Source of the DNA: a virus
DNA length: 54,317 bases
IMG/VR virus record: IMGVR_UViG_3300045391_001808
Span: 1-54,317 of that record
Direction: 5' to 3' (one strand)
A program made the position numbers and the translations under genes. Shown here piece by piece: positions 8,746 through 18,214 of this stretch (positions are counted from its first letter, which is position 1; each line of letters begins with the position of its first letter). The notes beneath the pieces were generated by a model. That model ran no database searches. It had not been told where the DNA came from and saw only the letters and a list, made by a program, of their open reading frames with translations.

Positions 8746-9584
8746 TGTCGACTGCGTACAGTTCTATAACCTGCTGTGAGATGCAGGACAGTCTCACCGA
8801 GCAGTGGACCGACCGCGGGCTACTCGCCTCGGTGCAGCTCAGGTGCGCGTTCTCGGACCGGCACCTCCTCGCAGCGGACATCGTCGGCAACATGCGGCAG
8901 TGGCCTCGTGTGGTCGGTAGTGTGTCGCCTCGGGCCGCGTCGGCGTCGATACGCCCGCTCGGTGGGAAGGCCACTACCGACGGGCAGGCGCTCGTGTACG
9001 ACGACGCGATCGTGACGGTGAACTACGAGAACCGCGACGTCGAGGACCGTCCTGTCGGTGGCGGTGGTTCTGGCTCTGGCTCTGGCAGCTCGGGGCCGAC
9101 ACAGCTCGTGTCCGAGTCGATAGAGCCGATGCTCAACAAGATCAAGCTCGACCATAAAATGTTCCGCTGGGGCAACGTGCGGGACCAGCCACTGCAGGAG
9201 AACGAGGCACCGTCGCGCTCCGAGTGGAGCATGTCGATACGGCGCACGCACTACAGGGTGCCGCCGCCACTGCCCAGCGCGCTCATCGACCTCATCGGCT
9301 GCGTGAACGACAGCGACTACTACAGCGAGCTGCTCGGCATGACGTTCCCGGCTGAGACGCTACTGTTCCAGCCCGGGCCGCTCACGCGCACGATCATGAC
9401 AGACGGCAGCGGGCGGGCGTACGACGTGAACATGATGTTCCACTACAAGCCCGACGGCTGGAACAAGTTCTGGTGCGCGCTTACAGCGCAGTACGAGGAG
9501 ATGTTCTATATCGACACGACTAACAACGGATCGGACCCGTACAAGAACAACGAGCCTGCAGACTTCTCCATGCTGCTATACTGA
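8745..9584 (+). CDS. minor tail protein (distal tail-like by position)
   Basis: 279 aa with a TGATG overlap with the tape measure gene. It has an internal GGGGSGSGSGSSG linker. Confidence 0.6.
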   Translation: MSTAYSSITCCEMQDSLTEQWTDRGLLASVQLRCAFSDRHLLAADIVGNMRQWPRVVGSVSPRAASASIRPLGGKATTDGQALVYDDAIVTVNYENRDVEDRPVGGGGSGSGSGSSGPTQLVSESIEPMLNKIKLDHKMFRWGNVRDQPLQENEAPSRSEWSMSIRRTHYRVPPPLPSALIDLIGCVNDSDYYSELLGMTFPAETLLFQPGPLTRTIMTDGSGRAYDVNMMFHYKPDGWNKFWCALTAQYEEMFYIDTTNNGSDPYKNNEPADFSMLLY

Positions 9585-10387
9585 TGAACATTACTGACCT
9601 TGTAGAGAAAGTTGGAAAGCGCGACCCTCTGTCCGCAGAGGAGTGGAATACTGTCGTGCGGTTCCTCAAGGCAGGCCAGCACACGAGCAGCCTGTCGCCT
9701 GCGTCAGCCGCCCAGGAGGATGCTGCACAGAGGACTGCCGAGCACTACGTGGTGGCAGTCACCGACGACGATCTCGAACCGTACTCTGCGTTCGGCGTAG
9801 TCGACGGCGAGTCAGGCGTGGGACCGACACAGTTCAAGGTAGCGAGGATCAACACGGCACCGGGCGCTCTCGTCTACACGAACTACTCAAACGCCGCAGT
9901 CGCGGGTGGCAAGGTGATGTGTCGCCCGGTAGGGACCTACTCGCCGGCCAGACTGCGAGTCACTGGGGACCCTGTGAGAGTGGGCTACCCGTGTGGTGTC
10001 AAGCCGGGCACTTACGGCATAGGCGACGGGTACTACGGCATGGTCTGCCTCGCGACCGGTAGTGATTATACTGGCGACTACGCCATGGTCATGCGTGCCT
10101 ACGAGCACACGTCGATGTTGGGCGTGGTGACGACAGCTCTTACCGCAGCAGACTACGACAGTCTCGTTCTTGGCATAGGAATGGTCAAGCTGCTCGTTGC
10201 AGACGAGAGCGGGTCGCTATCTGACATGCTGTCGCCCGAGAGCGGGTCAGATGGAAACATGAGCCTGCCGTGTTTCAACTCTGCAGAACGAGATGTCGTG
10301 GTCGACGAGCCCGTAGGTCTTACGATCGTACTTGGCGTCGGCCTGGTGGCATCGCCGTTGCGCTGTCCAGACGGGAGTGGCAGCTGA
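9584..10387 (+). CDS. minor tail protein
   Basis: 267 aa, translationally coupled on both sides. Confidence 0.6.
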   Translation: MNITDLVEKVGKRDPLSAEEWNTVVRFLKAGQHTSSLSPASAAQEDAAQRTAEHYVVAVTDDDLEPYSAFGVVDGESGVGPTQFKVARINTAPGALVYTNYSNAAVAGGKVMCRPVGTYSPARLRVTGDPVRVGYPCGVKPGTYGIGDGYYGMVCLATGSDYTGDYAMVMRAYEHTSMLGVVTTALTAADYDSLVLGIGMVKLLVADESGSLSDMLSPESGSDGNMSLPCFNSAERDVVVDEPVGLTIVLGVGLVASPLRCPDGSGS

Positions 10388-12396
10388 TGGGATTCCTACT
10401 GCAGTGCGACGGGACTAACAACCCGCGGTGTGAGTGTAACGGCGGAGGCGGTACGCCCTGCCTCATCTACGAAAACGCCACCCCGGAAATCCCCATCCAA
10501 TCCGGAGTTGGCGGCGTCCCCTCAAACACCATCATCAGCATCAGGGTGTTTACGACCGTCACTTTGGCCGACGACGAAACGGCCCGGATTAAGCTGTCGA
10601 TCGTTGACGACGACAACTACTGGTATGCCGAAGTCAAAGCCGGCCCGTCTGGCTATCTGAAGCTATTTAGCCGCATTGGTGGCGTTGAGACCGAGAGAAC
10701 AAACAGCGACGGGGTTTGCACCATCGCACGCGATGCCGGGACGTTTGGCTTTTGCGCGTCTCTTGGAATCAATGCCTCGATTGGAATGTTCACGATTTTG
10801 GCGTCGGTCACAGGTAGCGGTGCGGGCTATACGACCGAGTTTATTCAATCTGAAGCCGCGTTTACCAGTGGAGAATGGGGTGTTGAGTCTGATGGCACGG
10901 TTGCTGATTTATCGGTGCAACGCTATCTGAATAAGTGCCCGAAGTGCAGTAGCAATCGGACATTCTGCGACCGACTAAACATGATACCGCCCGACATGAA
11001 TGCGAGCGGGGCAGGGCCTTGCATCTATCCCGGCGAGGAACAGTATTCCGATTACCCTCTGATTGTTGATTTTGGCGGCGGCGGATGGACTTCGGTAGGT
11101 ACTGGAATTTCGCTATGCGAAGTCGTTGCTGGCGAAATCAAGCTAGTGACCGGCGCTATTTTCGGGATGATTTGCGGCCTTCCGTCAGCCTGCATTCTCG
11201 GATGGAATGGCGACGACAACCCGCTTTTTCCGAGAGCCTGCCTTGGCGGCCGATACTGCACGGTCATCAACGGCGACCAAAGGCAGGAGGTACTGGATAT
11301 CGAACTTACAATATCCGGCCCGAACTGCCCTTACGATCATCCGTGGGCGCTGCTCGGAATAAGGCTAAGCAACTTCGGTCACCCGGATTTGCCTTGGGTC
11401 GACGTGCATTACGAAGTTCACCTAGACCAGTGCCAGAGATGGGATTTAACGTTAGGTGCTGTGATCACGCTGACGAAAACCCACGAATCGCACAATCCAG
11501 TCAACCGGGCGTGCGACGGCGAATTGCCAGACACAATCACGTTTCGCCTATCTGATACCACAGACCCGCAGACCGAAAGCTGCCTTCCCGGCGACCCAAC
11601 GCTACCGCCAGACACCACGGTCCGGTGTGCTGAAATTCGACGATGCGGCTGCGACACAATCGACTTTATCTACCTGCTGGTAGCAGACGGCTACGTTGTC
11701 GGCGACATCATCAAAATAAGCACAACAACACCGGATACGCCGGCCGGTGCTATCAATCGCCCGCATATCGAGTGCTGGGAGATTATGAAAATCTCTGACT
11801 CGAATCACCGATGCATCTTCGATGGTGTTGACGAGAACCCGCTAGCCACTGTTCCGCGATGGGTGAACATCATCAGCGAACACGCCACCTGCGAAGAATG
11901 CCTGCCCTACTGCAACTGCTGCTCATCCGCCGGCACCGACACGACGATTGACGGTGTTGTGGTTTCCGTCGGCGATGCGACCGGCATTGACGCCGATTAT
12001 CAATACGAGTGGGACCACTACGTGAAGGGCAACACGTTCGTTCCGAACAACCACGAAGGCACGTTTGTTCCCCCGGGTTGTTCGTACGGAAACTATATCC
12101 AGAACGTGGCCGAAGATCCCGGCCGCACCATAGAGTTTTTATTCAACGTCACCAACAGCAATCCGAGCGACCCCGATGCGGCGTGTAGCTGGGAAGTGAC
12201 GATTCAGGCATCCGGCGGAGCGCGGTCAAACTGGGTGCTGACTTGGGTTGCATTCTCTCCGCCGGCCAAATCGGAAGTCTGTGGAGAGATGCCGATAACG
12301 ATGAACTTCGTGAGCGGGTCCGACGCCGTTCATTCCGACTTTCCGACGACGCTAAGCCTGTCGCCTCTTGCCGCTTGCCCAACCCCCGAAGTATGA
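10387..12396 (+). CDS. large cysteine-rich tail-end protein (function unknown)
   Basis: ATG 10387 overlaps the upstream TGA (the ORF opens earlier at 10270 with an Arg-rich junk extension). It is 669 aa with many Cys (CDGTNNPRCECNGGGGTPC...). Codon usage is visibly more A/T-ending than in the neighbours. Confidence 0.65.
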   Translation: MGFLLQCDGTNNPRCECNGGGGTPCLIYENATPEIPIQSGVGGVPSNTIISIRVFTTVTLADDETARIKLSIVDDDNYWYAEVKAGPSGYLKLFSRIGGVETERTNSDGVCTIARDAGTFGFCASLGINASIGMFTILASVTGSGAGYTTEFIQSEAAFTSGEWGVESDGTVADLSVQRYLNKCPKCSSNRTFCDRLNMIPPDMNASGAGPCIYPGEEQYSDYPLIVDFGGGGWTSVGTGISLCEVVAGEIKLVTGAIFGMICGLPSACILGWNGDDNPLFPRACLGGRYCTVINGDQRQEVLDIELTISGPNCPYDHPWALLGIRLSNFGHPDLPWVDVHYEVHLDQCQRWDLTLGAVITLTKTHESHNPVNRACDGELPDTITFRLSDTTDPQTESCLPGDPTLPPDTTVRCAEIRRCGCDTIDFIYLLVADGYVVGDIIKISTTTPDTPAGAINRPHIECWEIMKISDSNHRCIFDGVDENPLATVPRWVNIISEHATCEECLPYCNCCSSAGTDTTIDGVVVSVGDATGIDADYQYEWDHYVKGNTFVPNNHEGTFVPPGCSYGNYIQNVAEDPGRTIEFLFNVTNSNPSDPDAACSWEVTIQASGGARSNWVLTWVAFSPPAKSEVCGEMPITMNFVSGSDAVHSDFPTTLSLSPLAACPTPEV

Positions 12397-12905
12397 GCGA
12401 TTGTCAATTCTTCCACGAAGGCCGCTGCACTCACAAGCTATCGCGCCCAGCGATGATGCCGGTGAATAAGGCGACTTGCGACGCGTGCAAGATCAAGGGC
12501 GAGGTGTGCGAGCCGTACAAGCCAGCGGAGCATAGATACTTGCCGGTGGTTCAGCGGCCTTATGTGGCCGTGCTGGACGGCGTTGGGACTACACTAACAA
12601 AGCTGTTTGAACAGTTCGGCATTAGCAAGGAAGAGTCAATACCAAAGGGCTGTGGCGGCACCTGCGACCAGTGGATCCAACTGATGAATAGCTGGGGGCC
12701 TGAAGGATGTCGCCAGCGCCGTAAGATGATCGTCAAACGTCTCGATGAAATGAAATCGGCGATGACCTGGAAAGCGAAACTAAAGGCGGTGGCAGCAGCA
12801 TTGACGAGCAGTTTCAAACCCAACCCTCTAGACATCTCCGGGAGCTTCTTAGATGAAGCCATCAGAATACAGACGGTACGTGATAACTCTAGCCCGCAGG
12901 CCTGA
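12393..12905 (+). CDS. Cys-rich hypothetical protein
   Basis: ATGA overlap at 12393. The product is 170 aa (MSDCQFFHEGRCTHKL...CDACKIKGEVCEPYKP...CGGTCDQW). Confidence 0.55.
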   Translation: MSDCQFFHEGRCTHKLSRPAMMPVNKATCDACKIKGEVCEPYKPAEHRYLPVVQRPYVAVLDGVGTTLTKLFEQFGISKEESIPKGCGGTCDQWIQLMNSWGPEGCRQRRKMIVKRLDEMKSAMTWKAKLKAVAAALTSSFKPNPLDISGSFLDEAIRIQTVRDNSSPQA

Positions 12906-14160
12906 CCGCCTCGAGCAGTTCGCGGCGTGCTGCCCACTGTCCGACGTCTCGCCAGTATACGGTGTGGACTCGACAGCGTGCCAGCCGCCCAGGTGGTGGC
13001 GTGGGCCGCTCGGTGCGTGGGGCTGTTACCGCTCGCACGTCAACATCATCGAACACTGCCTCAACGCCGAGATCGAGCAGGTGACGATCTTCGAGGACGA
13101 CGCGGTGCCGTGCGAGGACTTCCAGTCACGGTACGACGCGTTCATGTCAGAGCTGCCACACGACTGGGGTATCGCGTACCTGGGCGGCGAGCTGCTGTAC
13201 GCTAGGAAGCAGCTGCCAGCACGTGTGACACAGAACGTGTACCGGCCCTTTAACGTGAACCGCACGCACGCGTACATGGTGCACAGGCGGGCGATGCTGC
13301 GCGTGTACAAGCACCTGTGCGACTTCCCGTGGGACCGCAAGCACCACGTCGACCACTGGCTCGGCAAGCTGCACGAGCAGTCCGACGACGTGTACTGTCC
13401 GGCACGATGGCTGTTCTCACAGCGAGGTGGCGACACGAGCGACGTCGACGGCCGCGTGAAGGACATGTCGAAGTTGGTCTCCGAACCCAAGCAGCCCGAG
13501 GTGATTAGCAGAGCCAGCCGTCCTACGCGTGTCGTGAGGACGGCTGGCTCTGGTCGCCCGCCTGTGATCGTGATCGGACTTCACCGCAGCGGGTCGAGCT
13601 GTCTGGCGGGCGTTCTGGCCAGGCTCGGTGTCTACATGGGCCGCAACTTTCGCGGCTACGAGCAGGACGGTGGCCACGAGGACGGCGGTCTCGCCCACAT
13701 CCTCGAGACCTGGATGCCGTTTCCAGGGTTGGCCACGAGGGTAGCAGATGGTGTCCTGGCCGCACGATTGAGGCGCTGGTATTCCCAACACAGACTGGGA
13801 GGCGATGTGGTGGGACTCAAGTACCCGCACCTGTGTATGGTGCCGGTGCGAGAGATATGGCCCGACGCGACCATCATTCACGCGAGCAGGCCGCTCGAGG
13901 AGAGCGTCGAGTCGCTCGTGCGACGCTGTCCGAAGAAGGACCCGCTGAAGCTCGCTACTCTGCAGAACGCGCTCTGGGACGCGAAGCAGGAACTCGTGCA
14001 GGGCGCCTACACTGTCGAGTACTCGAGACTGCTCGCAGATTCCGTGACGGAGACTTCCCGACTCTGCGAGTACCTGAAGCTCGACGGCAGGCTGGTCGAT
14101 GAGGCTGCAGCCTACGTTTTACAGCGAGATTTGCCTGTTGACACGACGGCCTCTATATAG
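12853..14160 (+). CDS. glycosyltransferase family 25 domain fused to a sulfotransferase-like domain
   Basis: The N-terminus (YVITLARRPDRLEQF...GAWGCYRSHVNIIEHC...VTIFEDDAVPCEDF) follows the GT25 pattern. The C-terminus has P-loop-like PPVIVIGLHRSGSSCLAGVL and a later IIHASRPLEESVESL, resembling the PAPS 5'-PSB/3'-PB motifs. Confidence 0.7.
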   Translation: MKPSEYRRYVITLARRPDRLEQFAACCPLSDVSPVYGVDSTACQPPRWWRGPLGAWGCYRSHVNIIEHCLNAEIEQVTIFEDDAVPCEDFQSRYDAFMSELPHDWGIAYLGGELLYARKQLPARVTQNVYRPFNVNRTHAYMVHRRAMLRVYKHLCDFPWDRKHHVDHWLGKLHEQSDDVYCPARWLFSQRGGDTSDVDGRVKDMSKLVSEPKQPEVISRASRPTRVVRTAGSGRPPVIVIGLHRSGSSCLAGVLARLGVYMGRNFRGYEQDGGHEDGGLAHILETWMPFPGLATRVADGVLAARLRRWYSQHRLGGDVVGLKYPHLCMVPVREIWPDATIIHASRPLEESVESLVRRCPKKDPLKLATLQNALWDAKQELVQGAYTVEYSRLLADSVTETSRLCEYLKLDGRLVDEAAAYVLQRDLPVDTTASI

Positions 14161-14166
14161 TATATT
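14138..14166 (+). promoter_or_regulatory. sigma70-type promoter
   Basis: TTGACA (14138-14143), 17-nt spacer, TATATT (14161-14166). It overlaps the stop codon of the upstream gene. Confidence 0.7.
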
Positions 14167-14182
14167 GTCTAGCTGGTCACGT

Positions 14183-14200
14183 TACTACATACTACTGGAG
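14183..14200 (+). promoter_or_regulatory. conserved early leader/RBS cassette, copy 1
   Basis: TACTACATACTACTGGAG, 6 nt upstream of ATG 14207. Confidence 0.6.
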
Positions 14201-14206
14201 GTCGTC

Positions 14207-14422
14207 ATGGAATATCTAACATGTGAAAATTGCTCGAATCACGCCACTTACATCGCCTACGATGTCAACGACCCGTACAACGTCGTCGAGCACGCACTCT
14301 GTCCCGTTCACAGTCGTAACACACCGATGGGCTGGGTTGATGCCGACGTCCTGTTCAGCTTCCAACTCACAAACTTAAAGTTGCAGCCTGTGACACGCAT
14401 CATCAAGAAAATTTCAAAATAG
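14207..14422 (+). CDS. small early protein, Cys/His zinc-ribbon-like
   Basis: 71 aa (MEYLTCENCSNHATY...ALCPVHSRN). It is preceded by a promoter and the leader cassette. The ORF opens upstream at 14099, but that part overlaps the promoter. Confidence 0.55.
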   Translation: MEYLTCENCSNHATYIAYDVNDPYNVVEHALCPVHSRNTPMGWVDADVLFSFQLTNLKLQPVTRIIKKISK

Positions 14423-14425
14423 CTA

Positions 14426-14454
14426 TTGACACGAGGATCGTTCTTTGGTATAAT
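14426..14454 (+). promoter_or_regulatory. consensus sigma70 promoter with extended -10
   Basis: TTGACA (14426-14431), 17-nt spacer, TGgTATAAT (-10 hexamer at 14449-14454). Confidence 0.8.
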
Positions 14455-14470
14455 AGTCGCTCGACACAAC

Positions 14471-14486
14471 ACTACATACTACGGAG
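14471..14486 (+). promoter_or_regulatory. conserved early leader/RBS cassette, copy 2
   Basis: ACTACATACTACGGAG, 8 nt upstream of ATG 14495. Confidence 0.6.
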
Positions 14487-14494
14487 TACGAAAC

Positions 14495-16444
14495 ATGAGA
14501 GCCCTGACAGCCCGCACGCGGCAGACGCTCGAGCCGCTGCATCTTCTCCCGAGCGACAGGCTGTACGTCGCGCTGAATGGTGACGGCGACAAGTTCGTCG
14601 TCAAGATGCGAGGAATCTCGCAGATCACAGAACAAGAAACACTCTGCTCGCATGCTGCACGGGTGACGTTCCCATCTCGCCTCCCAGAGCGTAAGCGCGT
14701 CGACGGGACGCACGACCAGTGGGAAGTCGCAGCTACTGACTTCACGGTGCAGATCATCAACGCGACCTGGCCGCAGGATCGCGTGTACTTTGCTGACGCC
14801 GAGACGAAGCTGGTCTACGACTACTACCTCGCCACCGGCATGGGTAACTTTCGCAACGCTGAGGTAATCTCTGCTTTCCGCGCTGACGGCAAGCTGCCCG
14901 AGGGAGCGGTCGACCTCGGGTCTGACAGAGAAGACAAGAAGCTCGCGCCGTACCAGAAGGCAGCAGCATACTGTGCGATCCGCAGCGAGGGCTACGCGCT
15001 GTTTATGGAGCAGGGGACGGGCAAGACCGCGGTCGCCATCGCGACTGTAGACTCCGAGGCAGCGAAGGTCGAGGGCAGGATGTACCGAGTCCTCGTGGTC
15101 TGCCCGAAGAACGTGCGACTCAACTGGTGCTACGAGTTCGGAGAGTTCAGCAAGCTGCACGGCAAGGCAGCACCACTCCGTGGTGGCCCGATGCGACGTC
15201 TCAAGACGATGATCGAGAGCCTCACGCCTACGAACGGCGAGCAGTACACAGCACTCGTCGTCTCCTACGAGACGATGGTGAAGATGATCGACCAGATCAA
15301 GACGATAGAGTGGGACCTGGTCGTGGCCGACGAGGGGCACTACCTCAAGTGGCCTACCACGCTGCGTTCAAAGACCGCGATGAAACTACGGGAGTGCAGT
15401 CGCAAGCGGCTGCTGCTCACCGGCACGCCCATCGCCAACACGATGCTCGACCTCTACTCGCAGCTCGAGTTCCTACGCAAGGGAGGTTCTGGCTTCCTGT
15501 CGTGGAAGAACTTTCGCGAGTTCTACGGTGTCTTCGAGGAGACCCAGCACGGTGACAAACTCGTGTCACTGCAGAACGTGCCCTTCATGAAGGAGCGCCT
15601 GGCACAGTGCGCGTACATCTGCACCAAGGAAGAGGTGCTGCCCGACCTACCCAAGTTCACGCACGACGTCGTAGAGGTAGAGATGTCGAACTACCAGCGT
15701 GAGATATACGAGAAGGTCCGCGACGAGCTTGTGGCCCGCTCCGAGAACGCGCTGGAGAAGGCAGAGAACAAGAGCATCGTGGTCACTAACATCCTGACCC
15801 AGATGCTGCGTCTAGCGCAGATCACCTCAGGCTTCATCCCGTGGGACCCAGTCTACGGCGACGACGGCGACATCGTGCAGGCTCGCGAGGTACAAGAATT
15901 CACGCCAGCGTCGAAGATCGACGCGATCGTCGAAGAGTTCAAGAAGCTGCCGCGAGACGAGAAGGCTATCGTCTGGACGTGCTGGGTGCAGAACATTCAC
16001 GCGCTTCGGGCCAGGTTCGAGCTGGAAGGGATACGCTGTGTCACGTTCTTCGGCAGCACGAGCGAGGACGACAGGGCAGAGGCAGAACGAGCCTTCAACT
16101 TCGATGCCGACTGCCGCCTGATGATAGCGAACCCTGCGGCAGGCGGTGCCGGGCTCAACCTGCTCGGCTACCCACCCGGACATCCAGAACTCGCGTCGAC
16201 CGACTGCACGCTGTCGATGTACATGTCGCAGAACTGGTCGTCGATACACCGTCGGCAAAGCGAGGCGCGCAATCACAGACGCGGCACTCGCAAGCCCATC
16301 CGGTACCTCGACTTCGTCGTGGCAGGGACGATAGACGAGACGATTCGGGTGCGCGTACTAAAGAAGATAGAGGCGTCGTATAGCATATCAGATGTTCGAG
16401 AGATCCTGCGAGCGATCAGAGATGGAGTCGTCGATGAAGAATAG
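14495..16444 (+). CDS. SNF2/RAD54-family helicase
   Basis: Motif I LFMEQGTGKTAVAI, motif II VVADEGHYLK, motif III LLLTGTPIAN, motif V ANPAAGGAGLNL and motif VI QSEARNHRRGTRKP are present. Confidence 0.85.
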   Translation: MRALTARTRQTLEPLHLLPSDRLYVALNGDGDKFVVKMRGISQITEQETLCSHAARVTFPSRLPERKRVDGTHDQWEVAATDFTVQIINATWPQDRVYFADAETKLVYDYYLATGMGNFRNAEVISAFRADGKLPEGAVDLGSDREDKKLAPYQKAAAYCAIRSEGYALFMEQGTGKTAVAIATVDSEAAKVEGRMYRVLVVCPKNVRLNWCYEFGEFSKLHGKAAPLRGGPMRRLKTMIESLTPTNGEQYTALVVSYETMVKMIDQIKTIEWDLVVADEGHYLKWPTTLRSKTAMKLRECSRKRLLLTGTPIANTMLDLYSQLEFLRKGGSGFLSWKNFREFYGVFEETQHGDKLVSLQNVPFMKERLAQCAYICTKEEVLPDLPKFTHDVVEVEMSNYQREIYEKVRDELVARSENALEKAENKSIVVTNILTQMLRLAQITSGFIPWDPVYGDDGDIVQAREVQEFTPASKIDAIVEEFKKLPRDEKAIVWTCWVQNIHALRARFELEGIRCVTFFGSTSEDDRAEAERAFNFDADCRLMIANPAAGGAGLNLLGYPPGHPELASTDCTLSMYMSQNWSSIHRRQSEARNHRRGTRKPIRYLDFVVAGTIDETIRVRVLKKIEASYSISDVREILRAIRDGVVDEE

Positions 16445-16751
16445 AAACATAGTCCTAGAGCCGACTCGGTTCACAGAGCACGAGGACGTCGAGTACGTCT
16501 TCGGCACGGAATCGCGACGCAGCAGCATCTGGTCGCCGAACTTCGTGGTGGAGCTCGAGGACCGACTGCGAGAGATGCAGTTCGACCCAGAGCACGACCA
16601 CGTCGTGATCGTCGGGCACATGGTGAACATGGTGATACTGACATCAGTGCTGGTCCGCCTGTACGGCGGTTTCCAGGCCCTGATGTGGAATGCCGTTGAT
16701 CGAAACTACGTACTAAGAAAGATCGGAGAGCCACATGTTGCAAGAGTGTAA
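16434..16751 (+). CDS. hypothetical protein
   Basis: 105 aa. ATG 16434 has GGAG 8 nt upstream and overlaps the helicase stop. Confidence 0.55.
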   Translation: MKNRNIVLEPTRFTEHEDVEYVFGTESRRSSIWSPNFVVELEDRLREMQFDPEHDHVVIVGHMVNMVILTSVLVRLYGGFQALMWNAVDRNYVLRKIGEPHVARV

Positions 16752-17283
16752 GGATATATACAGCCGTATGAAGGCAGCGCACGAAGACGCCTATAAGATC
16801 GTCCTCAAGCTCAAGGAGATCGTCCCCAAGACGGGCGACGTGAAGGAGCTCGCAGACATCGTGCACGCGACTGACAGCGTCATCAAGTTCTGCAAGGACA
16901 TAGAGAAGGAAGCTCGCATCATACACGAGCTCGCCGAGAAGATCGGCTGCGCGATATGGGTGAGGATGGGGTGTGCTGACCCGATCAGGACGCCGTACAC
17001 GACTGGCACGCCGGTCGTCAAGATGATGGTGTCGCTGCCCAACAGGAACAAGGACCCGGAACGGTTCGCCACGTTCATGGAGTCGCTGGGCATCGCCCGC
17101 GAACTCTGGGACGTGCCGGCAGACTGCAAGCCAGCAGTCGCGCCGAACTGGCCGGGCATGCTCGACTACGTGTCAGAACTGGCAGCCCAGGGACGTCCGT
17201 TCCCGCCCGGGGTGGACCCAGACCGGACGTACCCGGTCTACGCCATAACAGTAACTCGACGAAAGGAGCCCGACGCAGAGTAA
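16735..17283 (+). CDS. hypothetical protein
   Basis: 182-aa ORF with normal composition. GGAGAG lies upstream of the ATG. Confidence 0.6.
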   Translation: MLQECKDIYSRMKAAHEDAYKIVLKLKEIVPKTGDVKELADIVHATDSVIKFCKDIEKEARIIHELAEKIGCAIWVRMGCADPIRTPYTTGTPVVKMMVSLPNRNKDPERFATFMESLGIARELWDVPADCKPAVAPNWPGMLDYVSELAAQGRPFPPGVDPDRTYPVYAITVTRRKEPDAE

Positions 17284-17321
17284 GGGGACACCAATAACTT
17301 CAATCACAAGGATACTTCAAG

Positions 17322-18158
17322 ATGGCTAAGACGAAAGAACTAGCAGTACCGGCGAGCGACGAGCGCCCTTCGTTCCTCGCAGTAGCAGACGGACAGAAGC
17401 CGATGGGCCACGACGACCTCAAGGCGTTCGTCCGACCACCGCGTCTCAAGGTGGTGCAGAAGATGTCAAAACCGCCGTTCACGGACAACAACGTGGAGGG
17501 CGACCTCATCCTAGTCCCGCAGCTGATCACTGTCGCGCCCATCGACCGCGACGAGCAGAACCGTCCGGGAAAGCAGGGCCGGCCCTTCTTCTTCGTGCCG
17601 GTCTTCTTCTTTCCAGAGTGGATATCGTGGAACCCACTCAAGCTCAAGGGCAGCGAGCCTGCGATACGAGAGCGGTCGTTCGATCCACGAAGCGACATCG
17701 CACGAAAGTCGAGAGATCCACAGCTCCGCTCGGAAAAGATGCCTGGCACGTCCGACGACGAACTGAAGATCAAGCACCAGGAGCACCTCAACTTCGTCAT
17801 CATGCTGCTCTCGGACGACCCGACCGGCGGAATGCCGATCGTGATGTCGTTTGCCAAGACAGCGCACAAGCACGGAAGCAACCTCTGCTCGCTCATCGCG
17901 ATGCGGAAGGCCGATGTGTTCGCGTGCGTGTTCCAGGGCCAGGTGAAGATGGAGTCCAACGCGAAGGGCGACTTCTACAACATCTTCCCGACGAATCCAG
18001 ACACCAAGTTGGGACAGGCCCCGTGGATCCAGGACGAGGCCGTGTACGCACGACTGCGTGCGTCGCACGAAGAGTTCGCCGAGCTGCACAAGGCGAGCCG
18101 GATCGTCGTAGACCACGACGACGAGGACGTCGACGAGGTGCCTAAGGACAGCTTCTAG
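17322..18158 (+). CDS. putative ssDNA-binding protein (acidic C-terminal tail ending in Phe)
   Basis: 278 aa. The C-terminus DHDDEDVDEVPKDSF resembles the polymerase/helicase-interacting tails of T7 gp2.5 and bacterial SSB. The gene sits before the primase/helicase. The fold was not recognised. Confidence 0.4.
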   Translation: MAKTKELAVPASDERPSFLAVADGQKPMGHDDLKAFVRPPRLKVVQKMSKPPFTDNNVEGDLILVPQLITVAPIDRDEQNRPGKQGRPFFFVPVFFFPEWISWNPLKLKGSEPAIRERSFDPRSDIARKSRDPQLRSEKMPGTSDDELKIKHQEHLNFVIMLLSDDPTGGMPIVMSFAKTAHKHGSNLCSLIAMRKADVFACVFQGQVKMESNAKGDFYNIFPTNPDTKLGQAPWIQDEAVYARLRASHEEFAELHKASRIVVDHDDEDVDEVPKDSF

Positions 18159-18164
18159 AGAACG

Positions 18165-18214
18165 CCCGGCGCACGTCCTCCCTATAGGCCTTCTGGGAGG
18201 ACCTCTGTGCCGGG
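18165..18214 (+). other. long GC-rich hairpin downstream of the SSB-like gene (terminator or RNA processing site)
   Basis: The inner stem gtcctccc (18175-18182) / gggaggac (18195-18202) is 8 bp perfect. The outer pairing is cccggc.ca / tg.gccggg. There is no U-tract. Confidence 0.45.

Noticed and set aside
9058-9096. GGC/TCT-rich tandem repeat as a non-coding repeat element.
   Set aside because: It lies in frame inside the 8745..9584 gene and encodes a GGGGSGSGSGSSG flexible linker. The Ala/Pro repeat at 2455-2500 in the protease/scaffold gene is likewise coding.
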